A stretch of 53,899 nucleotides of DNA, filler included, from Jimgerdemannia flammicorona (GCA_003990765.1; 3 parts of 3 records of this genome joined end to end with filler, not necessarily neighbours in it), one strand, 5' to 3'; shown: positions 37,900-52,099, counted from the first letter of the whole stretch. The notes: a model not told the origin generated them from the sequence alone. Made by a program: numbers and translations.

Positions 37900-40095
37900 C
37901 TTGAAGCTCAGAATGATATATATTAGTAAGCTCCAAAGTGTAAAATTTATAATAAGTGAGTTTATATAATACTTTGAATACTGTTAAAGAATTCCTCTCT
38001 AACTAGTGACTCAGTAGAACACTATTGTCTTTCAATGGCTCACTGAGCAGTACTTGTGATATTGAGGACTAGAGTAGTATTCATTGGTTAGCTATAATAT
38101 ATCTTGAGTCAGCTTTGATAGATAGTAGTGAGATGATTGAATCTAATACAAAAGGTAGTTCTTTTTATATTTTGTATAATATAAAGTTCTTCCCACTTAA
38201 CCTTCAGTTTTTATAACTATAAAGCTTTTACTATATTCTATTATATCAGAACTTTATCTCTTATTTTAATAATCTCTAGAAGCTTTTAGATCTTCTCTAT
38301 ATTATTCTATTATAATACCTGTATCTTGATTATATAATCTTTAGTCTTCTTTCTTATTTAGTACAATCTCTATATCTTGATATCTATATGTTTCCATACT
38401 ATATCTCTATTAAATGATAGAGTTCTTTTAGAACCTTTTTCTCAAAATAGTAATTCTTAAGAGATAAAATGGGTACTTTGTAATTATATATTCTAGAGAG
38501 CAGTTAATGCTATTAGTATATAGCATTCTCAAATTATAGATCTTAGTAATAATATTCTCAAGTATTTTATTAATTCTTTCAGTCTATCTATTTCTTTATA
38601 AATAATAGGCTATAGTTCAAATGTGCTGAATCTTGTACTTCTTGTATAAAACATTGAAGAACTGATTTATGAATTCTATTCTGTCTATTGTTACTTGTTT
38701 TAGAGTCTTTAATTGGAAAATAATTATTCTGTAGAAGAAATAAGCAATTAATTGTATATTGACTTCTTTAAGAGATCCTGCTTCTATCTATTTTGTAAAG
38801 AGATCTATAATAATAATAATATATCAGTTGCCAGTCAATATCAAGAGTAGTGGGCTAATTATATATATTGTAATATGGGTAAATAGTACTAGTTCTATGT
38901 ATATCTACTAATCCTAGTATTGGGTTTAGATAATCTTATTTCTGTTTTTAATATTTCTTATAAGTTCTGTTAAATTGTCTAATATCTTCCTCTATTCTAG
39001 ACTACTACATTGTTCTTCTGACTTTGTCATTTATGTTTGTTCTTCCTATATAACTGAGTTTATATACTGATTTTATTATTTATTCCTTTTTGTATTCTGA
39101 TATAACTAGTAATTTTCCTTTCTTTAGTGTTTCTAAATTAGTTTCAAATTGTTTCCAACTTCTATTGATAATTATTTATATCTATTCTTTCAGATATTGG
39201 GATATCTTTTGCTATCTCCAATAGTTGATGAATCTATAGTAGAGTTCTTTATTTATTTTAGTTATTGTAAGTCTTTTATAGTATCTATCAGAGTATATCT
39301 ATATTAGTATTACTTTTTTCTGAGTAGTATATAATAGTTGCATCATAAGTTTATAGTTTCATAATTATTTGGAAAATATTCCTTCTGGTTAGCTTGTTGT
39401 CACAACTAGCTATAGGCTGAATAATCAGTTAGAATAGTAAAGTATCTTCTAGCCATATAGTAGTAGAACTTTTATAGCTCAGATAATTATAACTCTAATT
39501 TATAGGATTCATATTATCTTTCTTTTATATAAAAACTACTTCTAGTCCAATTGAGCTTGTATCTGTCTATAGAACAAACTTTTGAGATTAGTCAGGTCTT
39601 CTAAAGATGGATATCTGGGTCAAAAAGATCTTGAGATATTAAAATTCTTATTATTGTCTATCAGTTTATTGAAACTTGGTAACTTTCTTGAATAATATAT
39701 AGATGGGATGTATAATATTAAAGAATCCTTTAAAAATCTTCTATAATAGATGGTGAGTCCTATGAAGGCTTGAGCTTTGGTAACTGTAGTGAGTTTTGGA
39801 TAGGCTTCAATAGCTTAAATCTTGATTGGATTTGTATAGGTCAATTTTCATTGATAATATGTCTAAGGTAGAAGATCTCAATTTTACCAAAATTATACTT
39901 CTTTGGCTTGATGAACAGATTATGATCTCTCAGTTTCTGCAAGATTCATTGAATGTAATTTATATATGTATTTCTTAGCTATTTTGCTATAGATAACTAT
40001 ATTATCTATATATATATCATTATCTCTTATTCTATGTCTTCTTGGAAAATCTTATTCATCATTCTTTAAAACTTACTGAAATATTATATATACTG
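37900..40095 (-). pseudogene. Heavily decayed Ty3/Gypsy pol relic (RT C-half, RNase H, integrase)
   Basis: IYIDNIVIYS (~40000), FVL*TDTSSIGL (~39560), FTILTDYSA (~39430), GN*YIIIIDLFTK*IEA (~38800), TIAYYL*RNR*TERIN (~38600). Left boundary approximate. Confidence 0.75.
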
Positions 40096-40242
40096 TGACA
40101 AGCAATAGAATTGTATTACCAAATTTATAAATTAGCCATATATCATATCTAGTATACTAAGCAACCAAGATGGCTTTACTGTGCCAACCTATATAATTAG
40201 CCAGAGATATCAGAAACAGTATGTTTATCAGTACTGAGTAGA

Positions 40243-40289
40243 TACACCATACCCAGTGGGTACACCATACCCAGTGGGTATACTATACC
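40243..40289. repeat. 18-bp tandem repeat, about 2.6 units
   Basis: TACACCATACCCAGTGGG twice plus a partial TATACTATACC. Confidence 0.85.
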
Positions 40290-40324
40290 ATCCAAAAATA
40301 CTTGCAATAGATAGTTACTTATCA

Positions 40325-43300
40325 ACTCTCCTCAAATACATAAAGCCAATATCTTGGAAGTCTAATCTAAATTGCCAGTACTCATCCTAATATTAATCAT
40401 TCATCTTACAATCTCCCCACCAATCTCCTCTAGAGGTTACCCCACCTCCCTCTCACTATCAACTCTAGTGGATACCCCTTTAGCCACACCTCAATCTCTC
40501 TCCAAAAGTCACCCATCACCTTATACTCTCCTAACCAATGTTCAGGAGTCTGTATCACTCCACCCTTCTGCTCAACATTCTGATACTCCTCATACTCCTG
40601 AGTACCTCCTTCTACTAAGTAATCCATTCAGTAGATCAATATGATATTATACTATAGAAATCTCTACCTTACTATTCAGAACTTGGAGGGAATCCATCTT
40701 GTCATCTGCTTGCCTCATAGCCAAATACCATTCCAGTCTCACATCTCTCCAATCCTCACCTCCTGTCATGCCTCAGACCACAGGTCTCTCCCATATTCCT
40801 AAAGATACTCCATGTCATCCTCCAAGTAGAAGTCATTCACTAGAGCCCTGCCCAATAGAAAGTAGTCTCACCTCTATATCTGGGATCTCCATTCCTCCTC
40901 CCCCTTATCACCCCACCATCAGAGACCAATATAGTGTATCCCATCAGCTATCCCCAACCAGAATTCTCTATAATACATTCTCTGACTCCTCTCTAATGCC
41001 ACCAGAGATAGAAGATCCCCAGTTACACCCTGGGAGGAGAACAGAGCCTCCCATATCCTCTGCATGAGGGGAACCTACTCTCTGCCCCTCAACTCACTCA
41101 CTCAATTCAGCCACCATGCTTTCAAACAGTGAAGACACTTGGGAAAATCCACTAGACCCAGGCCTCTCTGATCTATTGATCAGGTCAATACCTCCCAACC
41201 AATCTGACTTCATCACTCTGTCCATCATATCCAGATCCTGGCAATCTTCAATAATTACTTGATTACCTATACTAGAAAGTCTAAGTAGTACTCTATATAC
41301 TATACCTTAGGTAACTAGTAAACATTCAACACTATCACCCTTCCTGCCAGAGATATATAGTGAATACCCCATCTTAAAAGAGGACTTCTCCACTCTGCCA
41401 ACCACTGCTTCCACCATCTATATAGTAGTAAAGAACCATATACTCAGAAGTAGATCCCAAGATAGTATATAGCCTCTTCTACAGGGACAATTGTTCCAAT
41501 AATATCCCTATCTACTATCCCTCCTCCCAACACCAAAGTCTCACAATTATGCCAGTTGAGCTTGGTACCTGAGCACTCCTCATACTACTCTACTATATCT
41601 TTCAGTACTGCAATATCCTCAACTGATCACTATATTGTCAGTAATGGCCCCCACCTTCAAATTAACCCCCAGAATATCCAACCCTCCCATCTTATATCAT
41701 ATCCTACATATCTAAAAGAGGCTCCAGAGACAATATATACAGAATTGGTGACAGTGGATCCCCCTGCAGCACTCCTCTGCCCAAAGGAAATATAACTCCC
41801 ATATATCTATTTACTATAATTACTACCTGACTCCCTTTCAGCAGACCAACTAAGGCCCACTAGACCCCAGGGGAGACTCTAATATACTTTAGCACTTCTC
41901 TCAATCACACCCACTGGACTCTAACATAGGCCTTCTCTTGGTCCAAAAAAACCAGCAGTCTATCTACTTCAGCAGTATGAGCTCCCTCAATAACACCATG
42001 CACCCAGGCCATTCTATCTCTAATCATCTCTCAATAAATCCTCTCTGCTCACCCCTCAAAACCTGTTGAGCAACTCTCTGCAGCCTAGCTACTAGGATCT
42101 TCATTACCAGTTTGTAATCTATATCCAGAAGCATAATTGGTCCCTAGTTCTTTTACTCCTTCCTCCTCCTCTTATTCTTAAACAGCAGAGCCACAAAGTC
42201 TAAACTGTGCCCCCCAATCCATACTCCTGAGCCTATCACTTCATCACACATCACCACTATTTCCTTCAGAATCAACTTGACTTCTGCCATCTTCTTTCAG
42301 AAATCCCACTGCAAGCCCTCCTCTCCTAGTGCTGTACCAGAGCTCATTATCATCATAACCCACCAAATCTCTTCCCCTTGGACAGCAGCACCAAGGTCAT
42401 CTAAGCCTGCTGCTGGATCTGGGTACCATTCCTCCAAGTGCATGTCAATGTCCAGCACCCCACCCCTCCATCCTCCTTGCTCTACAGATGTTTCCTCTGT
42501 CTGCTCAACTGATCCAGAATCTCTGGTACCCCAACAACCAATACCCCAGTCTCATCCAAAACTCTCTCCCACTACTGCTGAACTCTCTTCACCTGTAGAA
42601 GCTGTGACAAAAACTAGTAGGTCATTTTCTCTCCTCCAATCCCTGCTACTACAGTTGGGCTATTATGCCCTGAATCTGTAGATTCTCCTCTTATCTCAGT
42701 ATACACTTCAGCTCCTCTACCTCTAGTCTGATCTGCTGTAAATGTCAATTCTCTTTCCCACTATCCTTCGGCAGATCTGCCTAGATCACTAATAACTCTG
42801 CTAATCTCTGAGAGGCCCATCTCATTTACTTCTTTCTCTGAGCACTCTGTATCCTTCCTGCCTCTCTCTAGTACCAATGTGCCTCAGATTTCCATCTTAT
42901 CTAGCAATCCCCAATCTCCAGCCCCTCTGCTCACTAATCAAGAACACTGGAGCTAATATTCACCACCCATTCCTCCCATAAGGAGGCCTCTCCCAGCAAG
43001 GAGATATTCAGTTACCAATTTCCAGACCCCTCCCAACTTCTCCAAAAATCCCCCCCTCCTAGAAGACTCCTGTGATCTAACCATTGATACTAAATAGTTT
43101 CTAAAGTCCTCCAGATATCAACTCCCTAGCAATCAGCAGTCAACATTCAGTTAATCCTCAAGCCCAGCCCTGCCACCCAGTGAGTAAAGCCCTATGATCT
43201 CCCCATCTAAGCCTCCTGGCATCTATAGAGAGCTCAGATGTTTGACCTCCTCCCAGGCTTCCATACCACCACCCCTACCTACCATCTCCCTTCCCCATCA

Positions 43301-45770
43301 GTTCTGTCTATCTTCCCATTATACACCATTTTAAAGTCTCCTCCTAGACAATCAATTTCTGCCTCCCTCAAAGCTCCAGACTCTTATAGTCTTCAAATCC
43401 ATTCCACTTTCTTCCTCCTCTCTGCAAACAATAATAAGACCTGACTATTAAGGACCTCCAGCCTGGCCTCTTCCAAACTCCCCACACTACTCTACTCTCT
43501 CAATATCCAATATCTCCAATATCTCCAATATCCCTCTTGCCCTTCCTAATCAGAATACCCACCACTATATCACTCCATTCCTCTATCCAGTCCAGAATAT
43601 CCAATTCTCCATTATACCCAATATCCTGCAGTAGGAACAGATATACTTCTGTCCCCTTCAGCTATTTAAAGATATTTCGATACCTCACCACTCTCTATAG
43701 CTCATTGATATTCAAAGATAATATTCTAGTCATACCGTTCATATTGAATAATATTATTTGAAGAATAGCTGTCAACTCTACAATTCCATGCTTGCTATAT
43801 CATCTGTAATATTGAGGTTTCTCTCTGTCTCTAGTTCATCAACCTCTCCCTGCTGAGCCTCCAGTGCCTCTAAGATCTCCTGACAATCCACATCATCTAT
43901 AGTCTCCATCTCTATCCAGTATATGTATCTCACACACTACCTGCCACTTAGCCAGCTCTTTCCTTGGGCCCCACATATTGCAGCTCTGTCATTCACAATC
44001 ACCAGAAGTACTGCCTCCCTGTCATCATCTATCTGATATATATTGGCCTCCAGCAATATCACCATTATTATTCTAGAGTTTTCTTGGCACCTCCTCACTA
44101 TGTAGGATTTCACCCCAGTGTCTCTCACTCAGTACCTGGAAGTCCTCTCCCCCCAGCTCCTCAGCTACTATTTGCTCAAGTATTTTCTACAGTCATTTCT
44201 ACTTGACCTCAGCCTCCACCACTCCTTGGGCAACTCTCTTCTCTCCTTCCACCTGCTCACCCTCTGCATTACTCCTTGCTGACTCATCCCAATTCTCCTC
44301 CATCACATTCTACAATTTGTCCTCTTCATCAGCCCCCCCCTGGCACCCCATACTGAGGGTCCTCTCCCTCTGCTATTGCCGCATCCTCCACCATAATGCT
44401 CAGGCCTGCACCTTCCCCCTCACCTGAGGTCCCTTCTGATACTGCTAACTTCTCTCCAGCCCAGGCACTTGCTCTTGATCTAGCCTTATTAGTGGTGGTC
44501 CCCCCAGCTATCCCCCCCCACCAACTCTGCTAACAGATTCTTCTGAATGCACCTTCCCTGCACTCTCTCCCAGACTGTCTAGTACAGCCACACCTTTTTG
44601 TCATTCATAATCTCTACAACTGTCCTAGCCTCAAACTTCTTCCATACCAAACTCCTCCTCTCTATGGCTCCAGCCAGATCCTCCAATATCTCCAGCAAGT
44701 TCTCTTCTTCCTCCAGTATCCCTTTTACTCTCAAGATCTTGCACTCCACAGGTCTCTATTTGAGGACTGCTGGCCAGTCCCTCACCTCCCCCATATTCTC
44801 CTTGCCTATCAGCTATACTCTGATGTCCACATTGCTAGTCCTGAATTTGGTGCCCTCTCAAACCCTAAACTCCACTTTCACAATTTCCCTATAATTCTTG
44901 ATGACCTCAATAAGCAACCATTTGGTACTTTCCTTTGACACCATAGGAATATCTAGTATAGTCAGCTGCACTATTTGAGAATTCCAGTGCAAACACTAGG
45001 CCATAGGGATTGCTACTCCCCCCCCCACTACTACTCTCTTCTCTATTACTCCAATAGCACATCCTCTTTCTCAAAGCCTATCTCCACCCCTTCCAGACTC
45101 TTCAAGAACTTCACTAATACTACTCCCTTCACCTTTTAGATCAGAAGTCCTAGAATCATCCTTGCTGTCACTGCTAAGTCTCAAAAACACAATGTGATAG
45201 CAAATTCTGATTTCGATTTCTTGAGTAACAGTGCCACCACCAGGCCCATTACACCATCTGCCAGATCCCCAGATCTCATGCCCCCCCCTCTGTCCAGATC
45301 CACCATTAGCTATCACATTTGGATTTTTTTCCAGATTAGCAGTCTTCTTACCATCAGCAGTCCTAATGCCCCCAGCCACTACTCCCTCAGCCCTACTGCC
45401 TAAGCTGTCATAGACTGCTCCACCAGTCCCTGCAGTCCTCACCATCTCCCCACCCTTCTTCAGTCAGCCCTCCAGTCTAGTCATTGGATGACTCTCATTT
45501 ACCTTATCTGTAAAGCTCATTCTCTCCACCCTCTGTCCCTCAGAACTACCTCTTCTCCTTCTACATCCTCTAGTAAGTAAGTCTCACATACTTTCCCCCA
45601 AGCTATGGCTCCTCCCCACATGCTGCCAGTCAAATACACTAGGGCTACCCTGCCTAGCCTACACCTCAGAATGCTCAACAGTTGTTATGTTACTAGTATC
45701 TTTTCTCCAAAAATGATCTCTTGAGTATTGCTAGATGTTTGTATAATCCAAATATTACTAGAGAAAGATA
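40325..45770 (-). mobile_element. LINE copy H (complete 5' end, 3' end and tail missing)
   Basis: Finger IQTPEHWLGE (40430-40627), RT and APE remnants, ORF1 ANLEKNPNV (45071-45445); 5' end TATCTTTCTC at 45770. Confidence 0.88.
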
Positions 45771-45789
45771 TTGATACACTAGGTAGTTT

Positions 45790-46900
45790 CTCGTTTAACA
45801 TTGAGAAATACTTAGATAACATCTATTTATTCTTTAGGTTTCTGATATCTAGAGTATAGATATACTAGACAATATTTAGAGGAATTTCATTCATGAAGAT
45901 CATTGGATCTATAATATCTAGATTAGTAGTATTGAATCTGGCTGCATGTTTTTTTTTCTAGATTCTAGTAAAGAATGCCCTGGGTGAATCTTGAGATTCA
46001 TCTTTTTCTCCATAATGAAATTTTGAGTCTTGTGGTGAGTTTTATTTCTGTATATTTTTCAATGAGCCAGTGGATCATCACTCCATATTCTTCTTCCCAG
46101 GATGGTACTGTTGGAATGGCTACTCTAAGGTCCGAATATATATCACTTACCACATAATTGAAAATTCTCTAGCTAATTCTCTGAGTTAAGTCTTATAGAT
46201 AGCAACTTTTCTCTGAGCAGAGATATTTTTTAGAGCTATAATTTCTTTGATTCTATCAAGAAATTCTCTTGGGTCTTCTTCTAGGTTTCCTGAAAAGATT
46301 GGCATTGAGGTGATTATTTCATCATCACTATATTCTAGTTCCAATTATGGTTCCAATTCTGGTTCTGATTTATATTCTGAGTTATTGCTAGAGCTTGGGA
46401 TACTCAGATATCTTGAAGATAGTATTATAGATCTTAGGTGAGGTGTAGTAAGTTTAGGTATCCTTGAAGGAGCTATTTCTAATTCTTCTAGTTCTATAGT
46501 TAATGATCCTGATAGTGGTTTATAAGGAAAACTGGTGTAGCTTCCAAGAGAAACTAGAATTATATAATGAGATCTTTGAATTCTTATTGATATATCTGAC
46601 AGAGCTGTCTATATTATCTGGTTGATCTAGTTGATCTGGTTGATTTAGTTGATCTGATTAATCTAATTGGATTATATCTTCTAGTGATAAGTCTGTTAGT
46701 ACTGATTGAGAATTTTATACTATCCTGACTTCTGGTTGAGATCCTTCTAATATTGGATATTTGATAAGTCTTGAGATAATTACTTTTCTTCTTGTTTAAA
46801 TACTAGTGATTACTCATTCAACTATAGTAGCAGAGATAGGTGTTATAGCAAATATATTTAATTTGGCTATTGAGTTCTTGTGAGCTGAAAAGTTACTTAG
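45790..46900 (-). pseudogene. Ty3/Gypsy gag relic (target of the Copia insertion)
   Basis: PIFSGNLEEDPREFLDRIKEII near 46240-46305, a gag-type P.F.G..EDP.EFL motif. Boundaries approximate. Confidence 0.6.
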
Positions 46901-46909
46901 ATATAAAGA

Positions 46910-47034
46910 TGTTAGAAAGATGGGCATTTTTATTGAACTTGCATAGGATGCATATTTCATACATTACTGATGAATGATATAAGACTAATGAAATCATTAA
47001 TCATATATTAATATATCTAGTTGCCATCTCAACA
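46910..47034 (-). repeat. Copia 3' LTR
   Basis: 125 bp; 18 differences from 51975-52099 by manual alignment; purine tract adjacent at 47035-47043 on the minus strand. Confidence 0.93.
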
Positions 47035-47132
47035 TTCCTGCTCAATAAGATATATATATATAAAAAAATATAAAATATATCCAAAAAAAAAGAGAAATAC
47101 AGAACTAGAATTATATATAACCCAAATATCAA

Positions 47133-47135
<3 letters not shown>

Positions 47136-47171
<36 letters not shown>
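47136..47171. repeat. (TA)n microsatellite in the Copia 3' non-coding region
   Basis: Run of about 18 TA units. Confidence 0.9.
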
Positions 47172-47176
<5 letters not shown>

Positions 47177-50100
47177 CCAATATTTAGAAAATGTTTGCAG
47201 ATTGAAAAGTGTTTCAAAAGATCTGAAATATTTGCAAAAATGCATCATAATAATATCTACTATAGGTGAGGAATGCAACCAATATATATATGGTATGAGG
47301 CTTTTAACAGCCTGAAAAATATTCTGTGATCAACCAGAAAGGCCCATTCCTTTAGCATATTGCTCAAATTTCAGCCTTAGAAGGACTTTAGTAAGTGAAT
47401 CTGTAATCATATACTCTGTAGAGATGTATTCCAAGTATATGGCACCATTTACTATATATTTATAAATTAAATAGTACTGTATATCAATATGTTTCATTCT
47501 GCTATAGTATACTAAATTCTTGGCAAGCACTATTATCAAATGGTTATCTTGCTTAATTAGTATAGAGTTCTAGCCTAAGTGAAGCTGAGCTCCTTCAATA
47601 GTTTATAAAGCCAAATAGCTTTCTTTATTACCAATGACAAAGTCTGATATTCAGCTTACATAGATGATATTACAACAGAGATTGCTTATATATCTGCTAT
47701 AATGACAGATTCTTGATTATTAATATGGAAGAGGTACCTAGTTATAGATCAATGATTATCTAAGTCTCTGCCCCAATCAGTATCACAAGTACAGGATAGC
47801 TGGATACTATTGCTCCTACTTAATCCAATATCACTACTCAATATGAGTATATAGTATAATGATCTCTTTAAGAATTAGAAAATTCTCTTAATAGTACTCC
47901 AGTGTAAATTATTATAGTAGAAGGAGTATTGTGCTATCTTGTTTATAGTATAGAATATATCAGATCTTATTTCTAGCATCAGATATATGATAGAACTAAC
48001 TGCTTGCTAATATAGTATATCTTTGGCACTATTCTTAGTAGGTGCATTATCATTATCTTTCTTAGATATATTGTCAGACTTCCTTAATTTCACAGAAGTA
48101 TCCATAGGAGTGCTGACTGGCTTACATTCATTCATATTGAAGCATTTGAGGATGGCTTTGGTATATGTTATTTATGAGAGGTATATAGTATATATATTCC
48201 TATCATATATAATGGATATCTCCAAAAGAAAGGATGTGTCACCTATGTCAATTATCTTGAATTCTTGGTATAGAGTTTCCTTTACTCTATTAAGCCTATT
48301 TTAACTGACTGTGATAATGATATCATTAATCTATATACCAATAATTACTATGCTATTGTCATAATATTAGATATATATGCAATTGTCTGTTTCATAATGC
48401 TTAAATCCTTATTAAGGAGATGTTTATTGATTGTTTTATTCCATAGACATGCTGCTTGCTTAATGCCATATAATCCTTTATATAGTTTGCATATAAGCTC
48501 ACCATTCTGGTTATCATATAGTTTGTATCCTTATGGTTAACAAATATATAGTTTGGTATATACATTACTGTTCAGGAAAACTGTCTTAATATCTATCTAA
48601 TGCATTTCTAGATCATATAGTATACTGATCATAAGAAGTATTCTAAGTAAAGTAAGCTTGAATACTGATAAGATTGTTTCATTGTAATCAACACTAAAGT
48701 CTTATGAGTAATCTTTAGAAATAAAGCAGCTTTATACTGCTCTATATCACCATCAGTTTTGTACTTTATTATATATATCCATCTTAATCCAATTGCTTGA
48801 CAGTTTGGCAGAAGAGATATCAGATCCTACATACTATTTTTGATGAGTAAATCATATTTCTCATCTATAGCTTATTTCCACTTCTTGCTATCAAGATTGG
48901 TCATAGCTTCATTATATGTACTTAGCTCACTATAATATATTGCAATATATATATACATTTATATACTTCAGTATAGCTTACATGATCCTTATATTGCCAT
49001 TAAGAGACTGTTGACACATCTCAATAATTTCTCAATTCTGAACAAGTTTCTTAGTGAATGTTGGAGCACTTTTGCTTTTGTATATCCTTTGTAGAGGATT
49101 CTTCATCATTGGAGGATTTGTCATTATTATCTTTGATCTCTATTATTTTTGGCTTAGGTATTTCTGGCTCAGACATATATAGTAGTTGATAATAATTTTG
49201 ATTGACTGCTGGAGAAGTGGATGACAGTTATACTGGTTACTGTATTTATACTAGCAGGGATATAGTTGTAGAGGTTTTGACCAGTATCTCCATGTGGATT
49301 CCATGTCTTTTTATCTGAACTATATATCATGAGAGATAACTATATATTACTTATATAGATTCCATAGCTGGTATACCTTGGCAGAATACCTAAGAAACAC
49401 ATACTTACTCACCTTGAGTTCAAATTTATCCTGGATAGCATTGCTTTTGTCAAGGATATACACCTTACAGTCAAATATATATAGATGTGATATATTCAGC
49501 TTGGATCCACTCTATAATTCTTCAGGAGTAAGATCACTATCTCTGGAATACTTATTATTACCAGAATCCTTGCTTAGTGATCAAGATATCCAGTGGTTGC
49601 AGATATATACCATTGTATTTATGGCTTCAGCTCAATAATAAAATGATAGTCTAGCAGTATTGATTATCATATATACTATTTCTATAGCCATATGGTTAAA
49701 TTACTCAGCCATGTCATTCTGCTGAAGTATATAGGAAGTCATTATTTGATGGGTTATATTATATTTCATCAGAAACTACTTAAATGCATAGTTGATGTAT
49801 TTACATCTATTATTTAATTGTATAGTGTGTATTCTATGTCCTGTTTCATTCTCAGAAATTGCTTCAAATTCTTTGAATTTATCCAAGACTTTACTCTTTA
49901 CTGATAGAAGATATATATATATATTCTACATATAATCATTGATGAATGTGAGAAAATATCTCTTAAAGAAATATGATGGTATATATATTGATCTGTATAT
50001 ATCTATATATGCAAGGTCAAGGATTATAGATATACACTTTAATCATACTTTGAATAGTACCAGAATGCTTTATTTGCTATACAATTCTTGCAGAAACTAT

Positions 50101-51960
50101 TATGCAAATATACTGCTTGTAATCCTCTGATAGATTCACTCCTTATCATCTGTTTAAGGCTCATTCTGCTGATATGTCCTAAGCATTGATACTATATATT
50201 GAATGTGTCAGACATAGTTATTATATATATGGAGGCTTTTATACTGCTCAGTATACTATTGATTATATAAAGATTACTATATTTCAAGGCTATCATTAAT
50301 CTCTTATTATCATGTGAATTATATACTGTTATGCTCTTTGAATGTATATGTATCTCTTTGTTGCCATGGTCATCATTTTGCCTATAGAGAAGAGGTTCTT
50401 TCCAATCTCCAGAATATATAGTATATTTACAAGAGTAGTAGTAGACTCTATTATATTTCCATAGAGATGTATATCAACATTTCTCTTTCCTTGAGTGTAG
50501 ATGACATTATTATCTCCCAACTGGATGAATACAGGGTATTTAAATAGTTGATATGTAGAGAACTATTTCCTGTATGGTATCATATATTATATGGCTCCAG
50601 AATCCATTTTTCAGACATTATTATCATCAGCTATATTTACATATTTACCAGATGTCTGGCTAGGCATATGGTTGACAGTTATTCTATCTGTGCTACTGGC
50701 AGTACTGAACTCATCACCACTTTTCATCAGCCCAAAACTGTTTTGCTGACTGGCATTGGTAGATGATGAGTTGGTGAATTTGATCATCAAACTACTTATA
50801 GATGTCAATCTCACACTTGTAGAGCTGGTGGAACTGGTACTAGCAGTAGGTTTGGTGGGATTTTTTGATCCAAAATTTTCATTCTTGTCAGACTTCATAC
50901 ATGTGGAGGGACTAGTAGTATGTGCAAAAAATAGATTACCACTTTCATCAGTTTCAGTAGTATTTACATTACTATAATTCTCTCAATAGTTTCTGCCACT
51001 TCTATATTACCAATGCTGGCTTTTCTCATACTTATTTCCACTTTCTCAGCAATAGTATTGGTGTTTCCTATGTCCATACTTACTGTAGTATTCACAGTAA
51101 TCATTATACTTAGTTGATTGACTATTACATTGTTGATTTTGGATTTGGAGTCATTGGTCTTGTTATTGACTACACCTTTGACCTCATTTGGTATCACATC
51201 TGCAGAACCTGTAGAATGCACTTTCATCTTCATTATCTTCAGTACTATTTTCTTGTTGTATTTTCTCATTCATAAGACTTATTATCATGTAAGCATAGTC
51301 CATGAGAGTACCACTCTCACACATAGCTGTAACAATAATATTATATGCATCTGGAGTCCTCTTGTAAGTACTATAACCTTATCTTTGTTGCTAATATAAT
51401 CTATAGATATGCTAAGGGAATTCACTTGATTCACCAGATCATTAATATGACTAGTGTATTTACAGATGCTCTTCTTAGACTTCATTCAATGATTGAATAG
51501 CTGAGATTTTAGGTAGAATCTATACAATATAGATGTTTGTACATGATGATTACATAGAGCTTCCCATACTTCATTAGTTATATCTGCATACATTACAAGC
51601 TTTGTTTGCAAGTTTAATAATATGAATGTGATCTCATATAATGCTTAGTGATTGTTTGTAGAGTCATAGTTTTGAATCTGCACTTGTGACTTTATATACT
51701 CTGCCAAGCTATACTGGTTAAGAAGATTCATTATATAGAACATCCAGATGGTGTAATCTTTCCTATTGAAGATCTGGATAGACCTCTTGACTATATTTAT
51801 GCTCATTATGGGAACTGCTCCCATTGCTGGAACACTCATGGTTGGTATATCTATATTGTTTATATTGTTAAGTTGACTGTCTGCCATTTCTAACATATAT
51901 TATATAGGAGGTATATGTATTTTTTTTTTTTTTTTTTACTATATCTGCTTAGTGCTTATA

Positions 51961-51972
51961 GGGCTTATAACC
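51961..51972 (-). other. Copia primer-binding site, half-tRNA-iMet type
   Basis: GGTTATAAGCCC two bases inside the 5' LTR; cf. GGTTATG(A/G)GCCC of copia/Ty5-type elements. Confidence 0.8.
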
Positions 51973-51974
51973 TT

Positions 51975-52099
51975 TGTTAAAAAGAGAGGTATTTTTATTG
52001 AACTTGCATAGGATGCATATTTTATACATTACTAATAGATGATATAAGACTAATAAAATTACCAATCATATGTTAATATATCAAGTTACTATTCCAACA
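51975..52099 (-). repeat. Copia 5' LTR
   Basis: Partner of 46910-47034. Confidence 0.93.

Larger units (their letters stand above)
46910..52099 (-). mobile_element. Complete, degenerate Ty1/Copia LTR retrotransposon (5190 bp)
   Basis: Paired 125-bp LTRs TGTT..AACA; 5-bp TSD AAAGA at 46905-46909 and 52100-52104; gag (51645-51896, 51285-51485), protease DSGA (~50600), integrase, RT and RNase H KHIDIQY..MITDSLTK (47330-47539) in Copia order. Confidence 0.95.

Noticed and set aside
40243..40289. Palindromic direct repeats resembling a CRISPR array
   Set aside because: No spacers, fewer than three units, eukaryotic context and no cas genes.
47029..47217. IY-repeat ORF
   Set aside because: Translation of the (TA)n microsatellite.
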